A stretch of 64,000 bases of DNA from the human T2T-CHM13v2.0 reference genome, Homo sapiens, in NCBI RefSeq assembly GCF_009914755.1, contig NC_060940.1; one strand, written 5' to 3'. Of this stretch, positions 27,401-42,793 are shown piece after piece. Positions within the stretch are counted from its first letter, which is position 1, and every line of letters starts with the position of its first letter. Under the pieces are notes generated by a model that did no database searches, was not told the origin of the DNA, and saw only the letters and a program-made list of their open reading frames with translations. The translations under genes and the position numbers were made by a program.

Positions 27401-30400
27401 CATTCGACTCCATTCGATTATGATTTCATTCAATTCCATTCGATAATGATTCCCTTCGAGTCCATTCGATGATTCCATTCGATTCCATTCAACGATGATT
27501 TGATTCGTGTCCATTCGATGATTCCATTTGATTCCACTTGATGATGATTCCATTCGAGTCCATTTGATGATTCCATTCAATTCCATACTCCGATGATTTC
27601 TTTTGAGCCCACTCAATGCTTCCACTCGATTCCATATGATGATGACTCCATTCGATGAAATTCGATGATGATTCCATTCGCTTGCTTTCGATGATGATTC
27701 CACTTGAGTCCGTTAGAAGATTCTATTCAATTACATTCCATGACGATTCCGTTCGAGTCCATTTGATGATTCCATTAGACTCCATTCGACGATGATTCCA
27801 TTCGATGTTATTCGATGATTCCATTCGATCTCATTCGATGATGATTCCATTCAACTCCATTCGATGTTTCCATTCGAGTTCATTCTATTATTCCATTAGA
27901 TTCCATTCGATGATGATTCCATTCGATTCCATTTGATGATTGCATTCTATTTCATTTGATGATGATTCCATTCGAGTCCACTCGATGATTCCATTCGAGT
28001 CCATTTAATGAATCCATTGGTTTCGATTCTATGATGATTACTTTGGATTCCATTCGTTGATGATTTCATTCGGTTCCATTCAATGATGATTCCATTCAAT
28101 TCCTTTCAATGTTTCCATTCAATTCCATACGATGATGATTCCATTTGATTTGATTCGACAGTGAGCCATTCGATTCAATTCCATGATGATTCTATTTGAT
28201 TCAATTGGTTGACATTTCCATTCGATTCCATTCGATGATGATTCCCTTTGATTCCGTTCAAAGATGATTCCATTCTAGCCCATTCAATCATTCCATTCGA
28301 TTCTATTCAATGATGATTCCATTCATGTCGATTTGGTGATTCCATTTGACTTCATTTGATGATGATTCCTTTCAAGTTCATTAGATGATTCCATTCGATT
28401 CCATTTGATGATGATCCCATTCGAGTCCATTCAGTGATTCCATTCGTTTCCATTCCATGATGATTCCATTCCTTTCCATTCAATGATTCCATTCGATTCC
28501 GTTTGATGATGATTTCATTCGAGTCCATTTGATGATTCCATTTGATTCCATTCGATGATGATTCCATTCGAGTCCATTCGATGATTCTATTCGAATCCAT
28601 TTGATGATTTCTTTTGATTATATTTGGTGATGATTCCATTGGAGTCCATTCAATGATTCCATTCTATTCCAATCGATGATGATTCCATTAGAGTCCATTT
28701 AATGTTTCCATTTGATTCCAGTCTCTGATGATTACATTCGAGTCCATACGATGATTCCACTCAATTCCATATGATGATGATTCCATTTGATTCCATTCGG
28801 TGATTCCATTCTATTCTATTCAATGGTGATTCCATTCGAGTACATTAGATGATTCCATTCGATTCCATTCAATGATGATTCTATTTGTGTCCCTTAGATG
28901 ATTCCACATGATTCCATTAGATGATGATACTATTTGAGCCCATCCAATGATTCCCTTCGATTCCATTCGATGAGGATTCCATTCGATTCAATTCATTGGT
29001 GATTCTATTCAATTCAATTCTTTGATTCCATTCCATTCCATTCGACAATGATTCCATTCGATTTCTTTCGATGATTCCACTCGATTCCACTTGACATTGA
29101 TTCCATTCGATTCCATTCAATGATTCCATTTGATTCCAGTGGATGATGATTGCCATCGATTCCATTCGATCACTCCATTCTATTCCATTTGATGATGATT
29201 ACATTCGATTCCATTTGATGATTCCATCTGATTCTATTCGAGGATTCCATTTGATTCCATTCGATGATGATTCCATTCGAGTCCATTCGATGATTTCATT
29301 CGAGTACATCCAATGATTCCATTCGAGTCCATTAGATGATTCCATTTGATTCCATTTGAAAATGATTCTACTAGAGTCCATTCAATGACTCCATTCGAGT
29401 CCATTCAACAATTCCATTCGACTCCATTCGATGATTCCATTCGATTCCATTTGATGGTTCCATTCGAGTCCATTTAATCATTACAGTCGAGTCCATTTGG
29501 TGATTCCACTGGATTTCCTTTGATAATGATACCATTCAATTACATTTGATGATGATCCCATTCAATTTCATTTGATGATGATTCCATTAGAGTCCATTCG
29601 ATGATTTCATTCGAGTCCCTTCATTGATTCCATCCGATTTCATTGGATGATGACTCCATTCGAGTCCATTCGATGATTCCACTCGATTCCATTAGATGAC
29701 TCCATTGGAGTCCATTTGATTGTTCCATTCGATTCCATTCGATTCCTTTCGAAGATTATTCCATTTGAGTCCATTCGATGATGATTCCATTCCATTCCAT
29801 TCGATGATTCCGTTTGATTCCATTCGATGATTCCCTTCGATTCCTTTCTTTGATGATTCCATTCCATTCCATTCAATGATTCCATTCGAATCTATTCCAT
29901 GATGATTCCTTTCGATTCCATTCGCTGATGTTTCCGTTCAATTCCATTCGATGATGATTCCATTCGATTCCATTCATTGAGGATTCCATTTGATTCCATT
30001 CAATGATGATTCCATTCTATTCCATTCAATGATTGCATTCAATTCCATTCAATGATTATCCCATTAGAGTAAACTCAACGATTCCATTCAATACCATTCG
30101 ATGATGATTCCTTTTGAGTCCATTCAATGATTTCATTCAAGTCCATTTGATGATTCCTTTCAATTCCATTCTATGATGATTCCATTCGAGTCCATTCGAT
30201 GATTCCATTCGATTGCATTCGATGATTCCATTATATTCCATTCAACGATGATTCCATTCGAGTCCATTCGATGATTCCATTAGAGTACATTTAATGATTG
30301 CTTTGTTTTCAATTCGAAGATGATTACATTCGATTCCATTCTATGATACCATTCGATTCCATTCAATGATGACTCCACTCAAATCCATTGGATGATTCCA

Positions 30401-30569
30401 TTCGTGTCCATTCGGTGATTTCATTAGATTCCATTCGAGGATGATTCCATTCGATTCCATTCGATGATTCCATTCAATTCCATTCGATGATGATTCCATT
30501 CCAGTCCATATGATCATTCCATTTGATTTCATTCGATGATGATTCCATTCGATTCCATTCGACGATTCC
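24458..30569 (+). repeat. Monomer M5 (6,112 bp), A-type
   Basis: GTCGGTGAAC ~24885, 81-aa ORF at 29640, 132-aa ORF at 30341. Confidence 0.9.
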
Positions 30570-33500
30570 ATTCTATTCCATTCGATGATGATTCCATTCG
30601 AGTCCATTCGATGATTCCATTCGAGTCCATTTAATGATTCCATTGGGTTCAATTCAATGATGATTACATTGGATTCCGTTCTATGATTCCATTCAATTCC
30701 GTTCATTGACAATTTGATTCCATTCGATGATGATTCCATTTGAGTTCATTCGATGATTCTATTCGATTCTCTTCGATGGTGATTCAATTCTATTATATTG
30801 GATGATTCCATTCGATTCCATTTGATGTTGATTCAATTCGATTCTATTCGATGATGATTCCATTGGATTTCACTTGATGATTCTATTCGATTCCATTCAA
30901 TGATGATTCACTTCTCGTCCATTGGATGATTCCATTTCATTCCATTCGATGATGATTCCATTCGATTCCATTCGATGATTCCATTTGATTCCATGCGACG
31001 GTGAGCAATTCGATTCAATTCCATGATGATTCTATTTGATTCAATTAGATGATGTTTCCATTCGAATCCATTCCATGATTATTCCATTGGAATCCATTCG
31101 GCGATGATTCCATATGAGTCAATTCAATGATGATTGCATATGGGTCCGTTCGATGATAATTCCATTTGATTTCATTCGATGCTTCTATTCTATTCCAGTC
31201 GATGATGATTCCGTTGGAGTCCATACGATGATTCCACTTGATTTCATTTCATGATGATTCCATTCGATGACGATTACATTGGATTCCATTCTATGATTCC
31301 ATTCAATTCCATTCGTTGATGATTCGATTCCATTCAATGATGATTCCATTTGAGTTCATTCGATGATTCTATTCGATTCCATTCTATGGTGATTCAATTC
31401 CCTTATATTGGATGATTCGACTCGATTCCATTTGATGAATATTCCATTGGAGTCCACTTAGTGAATCCTTTAGATTCTACTCGACGATGATTCCATTCGA
31501 GTCCATTCGATGATACCATTCAATTCCATTCGTTGATGCTTCCATTCAAGTGCATTCGATGATATCATTCGATTCCATTTGATGATAATTCCATTTGATT
31601 CCATGCGATGATTCTATTCGATTCCATTCAATGATAATTCCATTCAATTCAGTGATTCCTCTGGACTCCATTTGATGATGATTCCATTCAATGATTCCAT
31701 TCGATTCTATTCGAAAATGATTCCATTTGAATCCATTTGATGATGATTCCATTAGATTCCATTTGATGATTCCATTCGATTCCATTCGACGATGATTCCA
31801 TTCGATTCCGTTTGATGATTCCATTCTATTCTATTCGATGATGATTCCATTCGATTCCATTCGATGATGATTGGATTCGATTCCATTTGATGATTTCATT
31901 TGATTCCATTCGTTAATGATTTCGATCAATTCCATTCGATGATTCCATTCGATTCCATTCGATAATGATTACATCCGAGTCCATTCGATGATTCCCTTTG
32001 AGCCTGTTCGATAATTCCATTTGAGTCCAACCAATGATTCCATTCATTTCCATTCAATGATTCCATTCGAGTCCATTTGATCATTCCGGTAGGGTCCATT
32101 CGATGTTGATTCCATTTGAGTGCATTCGATGATTCCATTCGAGTCCATTTTAGGATTTGATTCGAGTCCTTTCGATGATTCCATTCGATTCCACTCGATG
32201 ATGATTTCATTCGAGTCCATTCGACACTTCCAATCGATTCCGTTTGATGATTCCATTCGAGTCCAATTGATGATTCCATTCAATTCCATTCGATGATGAT
32301 TCCGTACGATTCCATTCTGTGATGATTCCATGTGATTGCATTCAATGCTGATTCCTTTCGATTGCATTCGATTATGATTCATTTCGTGTTCATTCTATGG
32401 TTCCACAGGTTTCCATTCGTGTCCATTCCATTATTCCATTCTATTCCATTTGATGATGATTCCATTCGATTCCATTCATTGGTGATTCCACTCAATTCCA
32501 TTCAATGATTCCATTCCATTTCTTTCAACAATGATTCCATTAGTTTCTAATCGATGATCCACTTGATTCCATTTGACGACGATTCCATTCTTGTCCATTC
32601 GATGATTCCATTTGATTCCATATGATGATGATTCCATTCGATTCCATACCATGATGATTCCATTCGAGTCCATTCAATGGTGATTCCATTCAATTCCATT
32701 CGATGATTCCTTTTGATTCCATTCGATGATGATGGCATTCGATTCCTTTCAATCATTCCCTTTGATTCCATTCAAAGGTGATTTCATTCAAGTCCATTCG
32801 ATAATTGCATTCGATTCCATTCTATGATGATTCCATTCGAGTCCATTTGATGATTCCATTCAATTCAAGTCAATGATGATTCCATTCGATTCCATTCGAT
32901 GATTCCATTGGATTCCATTCGATGATGATTCCATTCAAATCCATTCGATAATTTAATTCAAGTCCATTCGATGATGATTCCAATCGAATCCATTCAAAGA
33001 TTCCATTCAGTTCCATTCGATGATTCCCTTAGATTCCATTCGATGATTCCACTTGATTCCATTTACGATGATTCCATTCGATTCAATGTGATGATTCCAT
33101 TCAATTCTATTCAATGGTGTCTCCATTTGATTCCATTCGACCATGATTGCCTTTGATTCCATTCAATGATTCCATTCGGTTCCGTTTGATGATGATTCCG
33201 TTCGATTCCATTTGATGATTCCATTTGATTCCATTGGATGAGTCCATTCGATTACATTCGATGATTATTCCATTCGAGTGCATTAGATGATTCCATTCGA
33301 GTCCATTCGATGATTCCATTCGATTCCATTCGATGTTGATTCTGTTCAAATCCATTCGATGATTCCACTCGATTCCATTCGTTGACTCCATTTGATCCCA
33401 TTCGATGATTTCCTTTGATTCCCTTTGATGATCATTCCATTTGATTCAATTCGGTGATTTCATTTGATTCCATTCAGTGATGTTTCCATTCGACTCCATT

Positions 33501-36500
33501 CGATGATGATTCCATTCGACTCCATTCGATTATGATTTCATTCAATTCCATTCGATAATGATTCCCTTCGAGTCCATTCGATGATTCCATTCGATTCCAT
33601 TCAACGATGATTTGATTCGTGTCCATTCGATGATTCCATTTGATTCCACTTGATGATGATTCCATTCGAGTCCATTTGATGATTCCATTCAATTCCATAC
33701 TCCGATGATTTCTTTTGAGCCCACTCAATGCTTCCACTCGATTCCATATGATGATGACTCCATTCGATGAAATTCGATGATGATTCCATTCGCTTGCTTT
33801 CGATGATGATTCCACTTGAGTCCGTTAGAAGATTCTATTCAATTACATTCCATGACGATTCCGTTCGAGTCCATTTGATGATTCCATTAGACTCCATTCG
33901 ACGATGATTCCATTCGATGTTATTCGATGATTCCATTCGATCTCATTCGATGATGATTCCATTCAACTCCATTCGATGTTTCCATTCGAGTTCATTCTAT
34001 TATTCCATTAGATTCCATTCGATGATGATTCCATTCGATTCCATTTGATGATTGCATTCTATTTCATTTGATGATGATTCCATTCGAGTCCACTCGATGA
34101 TTCCATTCGAGTCCATTTAATGAATCCATTGGTTTCGATTCTATGATGATAACATTGGATTCCATTCGTTGATGATTTCATTCGGTTCCATTCAATGATG
34201 ATTCCATTCAATTCCTTTCAATGTTTCCATTCAATTCCATACGATGATGATTCCATTTGATTTGATTCGACAGTGAGCCATTCGATTCAATTCCATGATG
34301 ATTCTATTTGATTCAATTGGTTGACATTTCCATTCGATTCCATTCGATGATGATTCCCTTTGATTCCGTTCAAAGATGATTCCATTCTAGCCCATTCAAT
34401 CATTCCATTCGATTCTATTCAATGATGATTCCATTCATGTCGATTTGGTGATTCCATTTGACTTCATTTGATGATGATTCCTTTCAAGTTCATTAGATGA
34501 TTCCATTCGATTCCATTTGATGATGATCCCATTCGAGTCCATTCAGTGATTCCATTCGTTTCCATTCCATGATGATTCCATTCCTTTCCATTCAATGATT
34601 CCATTCGATTCCGTTTGATGATAATTTCATTCGAGTCCATTTGATGATTCCATTTGATTCCATTCGATGATGATTCCATTCGAGTCCATTCGATGATTCT
34701 ATTCGAATCCATTTGATGATTTCTTTTGATTATATTTGGTGATGATTCCATTGGAGTCCATTCAATGATTCCATTCTATTCCAATCGATGATGATTCCAT
34801 TAGAGTCCATTTAATGATTCCATTTGATTCCAGTCTCTGATGATTACATTCGAGTCCATACGATGATTCCACTCAATTCCATATGATGATGATTCCATTC
34901 GATTCCATTCGGTGATTCCATTCTATTCTATTCAATGGTGATTCCATTCGAGTACATTAGATGATTCCATTCGATTCCATTCAATGATGATTCTATTTGT
35001 GTCCCTTAGATGATTCCACATGATTCCATTAGATGATGATACTATTTGAGCCCATCCAATGATTCCCTTCGATTCCATTCGATGAGGATTCCATTCGATT
35101 CAATTCATTGGTGATTCTATTCAATTCAATTATTTGATTCCATTCCATTCCATTCGACAATGATTCCATTCGATTTCTTTCGATGATTCCACTCGATTCC
35201 ACTTGACATTGATTCCATTCGATTCCATTCAATGATTCCATTTGATTCCAGTGGATGATGATTGCCATCGATTCCATTCGATCACTCCATTCTATTCCAT
35301 TTGATGATGATTACATTCGATTCCATTTGATGATTCCATCTGATTCTATTCGAGGATTCCATTTGATTCCATTCGATGATGATTCCATTCGAGTCCATTC
35401 GATGATTTCATTCGAGTACATCCAATGATTCCATTCGAGTCCATTAGATGATTCCATTTGATTCCATTTGAAAATGATTCTACTAGAGTCCATTCAATGA
35501 CTCCATTCGAGTCCATTCAACAATTCCATTCGACTCCATTCGATGATTCCATTCGATTCCATTTGATGGTTCCATTCGAGTCCATTTAATCATTACAGTC
35601 GAGTCCATTTGGTGATTCCACTGGATTTCTTTTGATAATGATACCATTCAATTACATTTGATGATGATCCCATTCAATTTCATTTGATGATGATTCCATT
35701 AGACTCCATTCGATGATTTCATTCGAGGCCCTTCATTGATTCCATCCGATTTCATTGGATGATGACTCCATTCGAGTCCATTCGATGATTCCACTCGATT
35801 CCATTAGATGATTACATTGGAGTCCATTTGATTGTTCCATTCGATTCCATTCGATTCCTTTCGAAGATTATTCCATTTGAGTCCATTCGACGATGATTCC
35901 ATTCCATTCCATTCGATGATTCCGTTTGATTCCATTCGATGATTCCCTTAGATTCCTTTCTGTGATGATTCCATTCCATTCCATTCAATGATTCCATTCG
36001 AATCTATTCCATGATGATTCCTTTCGATTCCATTCGCTGATGTTTCCGTTCAATTCCATTCGATGATGATTCCATTCGATTCCATTCATTGAGGATTCCA
36101 TTTGATTCCATTCAATGATGATTCCATTCTATTCCATTCAATGATTGCATTCAATTCCATTCAATGATTATCCCCTTAGAGTAAACTCAACGATTCCATT
36201 CAATACCATTCGATGATGATTCCTTTTGAGTCCATTCAATGATTTCATTCAAGTCCATTTGATGATTCCTTTCAATTCCATTCTATGATGATTCCATTCG
36301 AGTCCATTCGATGATTCCATTCGATTGCATTCGATGATTCCATTATATTCCATTCAACGGTGATTCCATTCGAGTCCATTCCATGATTCCATTAGAGTAC
36401 ATTTAATGATTGCTTTGTTTTCAATTCGAAGATGATTACATTGGATTCCATTCTATGATACCATTCGATTCCATTCAATGATGATTCCACTCAAATCCAT

Positions 36501-36681
36501 TGGATGATTCCATTCGTGTCCATTCGGTGATTTCATTAGATTCCATTCGAGGATGATTCCATTCGATTCCATTCGATGATTCTATTCAATTCCATTCGAT
36601 GATGATTCCATTCCAGTCCATATGATCATTCCATTTGATTTCATTCGATGATGATTCCATTCGATTTCATTCGATGATTCC
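30570..36681 (+). repeat. Monomer M6 (6,112 bp), B-type
   Basis: + strand 61-aa ORF at 32971, GAGGCC 35725, 89-aa ORF at 36582. Confidence 0.9.
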
Positions 36682-39600
36682 ATTCTATTCCATTCGATGA
36701 TGATTCCATTCGAGTCCATTCGATGATTCCATTCGAGTCCATTTAATGATTCCATTGGGTTCAATTCAATGATGATTACATTGGATTCCGTTCTATGATT
36801 CCATTCAATTCCGTTCATTGACAATTTGATTCCATTCGATGATGATTCCATTTGAGTTCATTCGATGATTCTATTCGATTCTCTTCGATGGTGATTCAAT
36901 TCTATTATATTGGATGATTCCATTCGATTCCATTTGATGTTGATTCAATTCGATTCTATTCGATGATGATTCCATTGGATTTCACTTGATGATTCTATTC
37001 GATTCCATTCAATGATGATTCACTTCTCGTCCATTGGATGATTCCATTTCATTCCATTCGATGATGATTCCATTCGATTCCATTCGATGATTCCATTTGA
37101 TTCCATGCGTCGGTGAACAATTCGATTCAATTCCATGATGATTCTATTTGATTCAATTAGATGATGTTTCCATTCGAATCCATTCCATGATTATTCCATT
37201 GGAATCCATTCGGCGATGATTCCATATGAGTCAATTCAATGATGATTCCATATGGGTCCGTTCGATGATAATTCCATTTGATTTCATTCGATGCTTCTAT
37301 TCTATTCCAGTCGATGATGATTCCGTTGGAGTCCATACGATGATTCCATTTGATTTCATTTGATGATGATTCCATTCGATGATGATTACATTGGATTCCA
37401 TTCTATGATTCCATTCAATTCCATTCGTTGATGATTCGATTCCATTCAATGATGATTCCATTTGAGTTCATTCGATGATTCTATTCGATTCCGTTCGATG
37501 GTGATTCAATTCTCTTATATTGGATGATTCCAGACGATTCCATTTGATGATTATTCCATTGGAATCCACTTAGTGAATCCTTTGGATTCTACTCGACGAT
37601 GATTCCATTGGAGTCCATTCGATGATACCATTCAATTCCATTCGTTGATGCTTCCATTCAAGTGCATTCGATGATATCATTCGATTCCATTTGATGATAA
37701 TTCCATTTGATTCCATGCGATGATTCTATTCGATTCCATTCAATGATAATTCCATTCAATTCAGTGATTCCTCTGGACTCCATTTGATGATGATTCCATT
37801 CAATGATTCCATTCGATTCTATTCGAAAATGATTCCATTTGAATCCATTTGATGATGATTCCATTAGATTCCATTTGATGATTCCATTCGATTCCATTCG
37901 ACGATGATTCCATTCGATTCCGTTTGATGATTCCATTCTATTCTATTCGATGATGATTCCATTCGATTCCATTCGATGATGATTGGATTCGATTCCATTT
38001 GATGATTTCATTTGATTCCATTCGTTAATGATTTCGATCAATTCCATTCGATGATTCCATTCGATTCCATTCGATAATGATTACATCCGAGTCCATTCGA
38101 TGATTCCATTTGAGCCTGTTCGATAATTCCATTTGAGTCCAACCAATGATTCCATTCATTTCCATTCAATGATTCCATTCGAGTCCATTTGATCATTCCG
38201 GTAGGGTCCATTCGATGTTGATTCCATTGGAGTGCATTCGATGATTCCATTCGAGTCCATTTTAGGATTTGATTCGAGTCCTTTCGATGATTCCATTCGA
38301 TTCCACTCGATGATGATTTCATTCGAGTCCATTCGACACTTCCAATCGATTCCATTTGATGATTCCATTCGAGTCCAATTGATGATTCCATTCAATTCCA
38401 TTCGATGATGATTCCGTACGATTCCATTCTGTGATGATTCCATGTGATTGCATTCAATGATGATTCCTTTCGATTGCATTCGATTATGATTCATTTCGTG
38501 TTCATTCTATGGTTCCACAGGTTTCCATTCGTGTCCATTCCATTATTCCATTCTATTCCATTTGATGATGATTCCATTCGATTCCATTCATTGGTGATTC
38601 CACTCAATTCCATTCAATGATTCCATTCCATTTCTTTCAACAATGATTCCATTAGTTTCTAATCGATGATCCACTTGATTCCATTTGACGACGATTCCAT
38701 TCTTGTCCATTCGATGATTCCATTTGATTCCATATGATGATGATTCCATTCGATTCCATACCATGATGATTCCATTCGAGTCCATTCAATGGTGATTCCA
38801 TTCAATTCCATTCGATGATTCCTTTTGATTCCATTCGATGATGATGGCATTCGATTCCTTTCAATCATTCCCTTTGATTCCATTCAAAGGTGATTTCATT
38901 CAAGTCCATTCGATAATTGCATTCGATTCCATTCTATGATGATTCCATTCGAGTCCATTTGATGATTCCATTCAATTCAAGTCAATGATGATTCCATTCC
39001 ATTCCATTCGATGATTCCATTGGATTCCATTCGATGATGATTCCATTCAAATCCATTCGATAATTCAATTCAAGTCCATTCGATGATGATTCCAATCGAA
39101 TCCATTCAAAGATTCCATTCAGTTCCATTCGATGATTCCCTTAGATTCCATTCGATGATTCCACTTGATTGCATTTACGATGATTCCATTCGATTCCATG
39201 TGATGATTCCATTCAATTCTATTCAATGATGTGTCCATTTGATTCCATTCGACCATGATTGCCTTTGATTCCATTCAATGATTCCATTCGGTTCCTTTTG
39301 AGGATGATTCCGTTCGATTCCATTTGATGATTCCATTTGATTCCATTGGATGAGTCCATTCGATTACATTCGATGATTATTCCATTCAAGTGCATTAGAT
39401 GATTCCATTCGAGTCCATTCGATGATTCCATTCGATTCCATTCGATGTTGATTCTGTTCAAATCCATTCGATGATTCCACTCGATTCCATTCGTTGACTC
39501 CATTTGATCCCATTCGATGATTTCCTTTGATTCCCTTTGATGATCATTCCATTTGATTCAATTCGGTGATTTCATTTGATTCCATTCAGTGATGTTTCCA

Positions 39601-42600
39601 TTCGACTCCATTCGATGATGATTCCATTCGACTCCATTCGATTATGATTTCATTCAATTCCATTCGATAATGATTCCCTTCGAGTCCATTCGATGATTCC
39701 ATTCGATTCCATTCAACGATGATTTGATTCGTGTCCATTCGATGATTCCATTTGATTCCACTTGATGATGATTCCATTCGAGTCCATTTGATGATTCCAT
39801 TCAATTCCATACTCCGATGATTTCTTTTGAGCCCACTCAATGCTTCCACTCGATTCCATATGATGATGACTCCATTCGATGAAATTCGATGATGATTCCA
39901 TTCGCTTGCTTTCGATGATGATTCCACTTGAGTCCGTTAGAAGATTCTATTCAATTACATTCCATGACGATTCCGTTCGAGTCCATTTGATGATTCCATT
40001 AGACTCCATTCGACGATGATTCCATTCGATGTTATTCGATGATTCCATTCGATCTCATTCGATGATGATTCCATTCAACTCCATTCGATGTTTCCATTCG
40101 AGTTCATTCTATTATTCCATTAGATTCCATTCGATGATGATTCCATTCGATTCCATTTGATGATTGCATTCTATTTCATTTGATGATGATTCCATTCGAG
40201 TCCACTCGATGATTCCATTCGAGTCCATTTAATGAATCCATTGGTTTCGATTCTATGATGATAACATTGGATTCCATTCGTTGATGATTTCATTCGGTTC
40301 CATTCAATGATGATTCCATTCAATTCCTTTCAATGTTTCCATTCAATTCCATACGATGATGATTCCATTTGATTTGATTCGACAGTGAGCCATTCGATTC
40401 AATTCCATGATGATTCTATTTGATTCAATTGGTTGACATTTCCATTCGATTCCATTCGATGATGATTCCCTTTGATTCCGTTCAAAGATGATTCCATTCT
40501 AGCCCATTCAATCATTCCATTCGATTCTATTCAATGATGATTCCATTCATGTCGATTTGGTGATTCCATTTGACTTCATTTGATGATGATTCCTTTCAAG
40601 TTCATTAGATGATTCCATTCGATTCCATTTGATGATGATCCCATTCGAGTCCATTCAGTGATTCCATTCGTTTCCATTCCATGATGATTCCATTCCTTTC
40701 CATTCAATGATTCCATTCGATTCCGTTTGATGATAATTTCATTCGAGTCCATTTGATGATTCCATTTGATTCCATTCGATGATGATTCCATTCGAGTCCA
40801 TTCGATGATTCTATTCGAATCCATTTGATGATTTCTTTTGATTATATTTGGTGATGATTCCATTGGAGTCCATTCAATGATTCCATTCTATTCCAATCGA
40901 TGATGATTCCATTAGAGTCCATTTAATGATTCCATTTGATTCCAGTCTCTGATGATTACATTCGAGTCCATACGATGATTCCACTCAATTCCATATGATG
41001 ATGATTCCATTCGATTCCATTCGGTGATTCCATTCTATTCTATTCAATGGTGATTCCATTCGAGTACATTAGATGATTCCATTCGATTCCATTCAATGAT
41101 GATTCTATTTGTGTCCCTTAGATGATTCCACATGATTCCATTAGATGATGATACTATTTGAGCCCATCCAATGATTCCCTTCGATTCCATTCGATGAGGA
41201 TTCCATTCGATTCAATTCATTGGTGATTCTATTCAATTCAATTATTTGATTCCATTCCATTCCATTCGACAATGATTCCATTCGATTTCTTTCGATGATT
41301 CCACTCGATTCCACTTGACATTGATTCCATTCGATTCCATTCAATGATTCCATTTGATTCCAGTGGATGATGATTGCCATCGATTCCATTCGATCACTCC
41401 ATTCTATTCCATTTGATGATGATTACATTCGATTCCATTTGATGATTCCATCTGATTCTATTCGAGGATTCCATTTGATTCCATTCGATGATGATTCCAT
41501 TCGAGTCCATTCGATGATTTCATTCGAGTACATCCAATGATTCCATTCGAGTCCATTAGATGATTCCATTTGATTCCATTTGAAAATGATTCTACTAGAG
41601 TCCATTCAATGACTCCATTCGAGTCCATTCAACAATTCCATTCGACTCCATTCGATGATTCCATTCGATTCCATTTGATGGTTCCATTCGAGTCCATTTA
41701 ATCATTACAGTCGAGTCCATTTGGTGATTCCACTGGATTTCTTTTGATAATGATACCATTCAATTACATTTGATGATGATCCCATTCAATTTCATTTGAT
41801 GATGATTCCATTAGACTCCATTCGATGATTTCATTCGAGGCCCTTCATTGATTCCATCCGATTTCATTGGATGATGACTCCATTCGAGTCCATTCGATGA
41901 TTCCACTCGATTCCATTAGATGATTACATTGGAGTCCATTTGATTGTTCCATTCGATTCCATTCGATTCCTTTCGAAGATTATTCCATTTGAGTCCATTC
42001 GACGATGATTCCATTCCATTCCATTCGATGATTCCGTTTGATTCCATTCGATGATTCCCTTAGATTCCTTTCTGTGATGATTCCATTCCATTCCATTCAA
42101 TGATTCCATTCGAATCTATTCCATGATGATTCCTTTCGATTCCATTCGCTGATGTTTCCGTTCAATTCCATTCGATGATGATTCCATTCGATTCCATTCA
42201 TTGAGGATTCCATTTGATTCCATTCAATGATGATTCCATTCTATTCCATTCAATGATTGCATTCAATTCCATTCAATGATTATCCCCTTAGAGTAAACTC
42301 AACGATTCCATTCAATACCATTCGATGATGATTCCTTTTGAGTCCATTCAATGATTTCATTCAAGTCCATTTGATGATTCCTTTCAATTCCATTCTATGA
42401 TGATTCCATTCGAGTCCATTCGATGATTCCATTCGATTGCATTCGATGATTCCATTATATTCCATTCAACGGTGATTCCATTCGAGTCCATTCCATGATT
42501 CCATTAGAGTACATTTAATGATTGCTTTGTTTTCAATTCGAAGATGATTACATTGGATTCCATTCTATGATACCATTCGATTCCATTCAATGATGATTCC

Positions 42601-42793
42601 ACTCAAATCCATTGGATGATTCCATTCGTGTCCATTCGGTGATTTCATTAGATTCCATTCGAGGATGATTCCATTCGATTCCATTCGATGATTCTATTCA
42701 ATTCCATTCGATGATGATTCCATTCCAGTCCATATGATCATTCCATTTGATTTCATTCGATGATGATTCCATTCGATTTCATTCGATGATTCC
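36682..42793 (+). repeat. Monomer M7 (6,112 bp), A/B hybrid (A-type front, B-type tail)
   Basis: A alleles run up to 39388 (CATTCAAGTG). B alleles start at 40263 (ATAACATTGG) and include GAGGCC 41837 and the 61-aa and 89-aa ORF variants. Confidence 0.85.

Larger units (their letters stand above)
6123..36681 (+). repeat. 12,224-bp dimeric higher-order repeat (B-A-B-A-B)
   Basis: Haplotype-specific markers recur every 12,224 bp: + strand ORF at 8523/20747/32971, 72-aa ORF at 12709/24933/37157, GGCC at 11279/23503/35727. Confidence 0.88.
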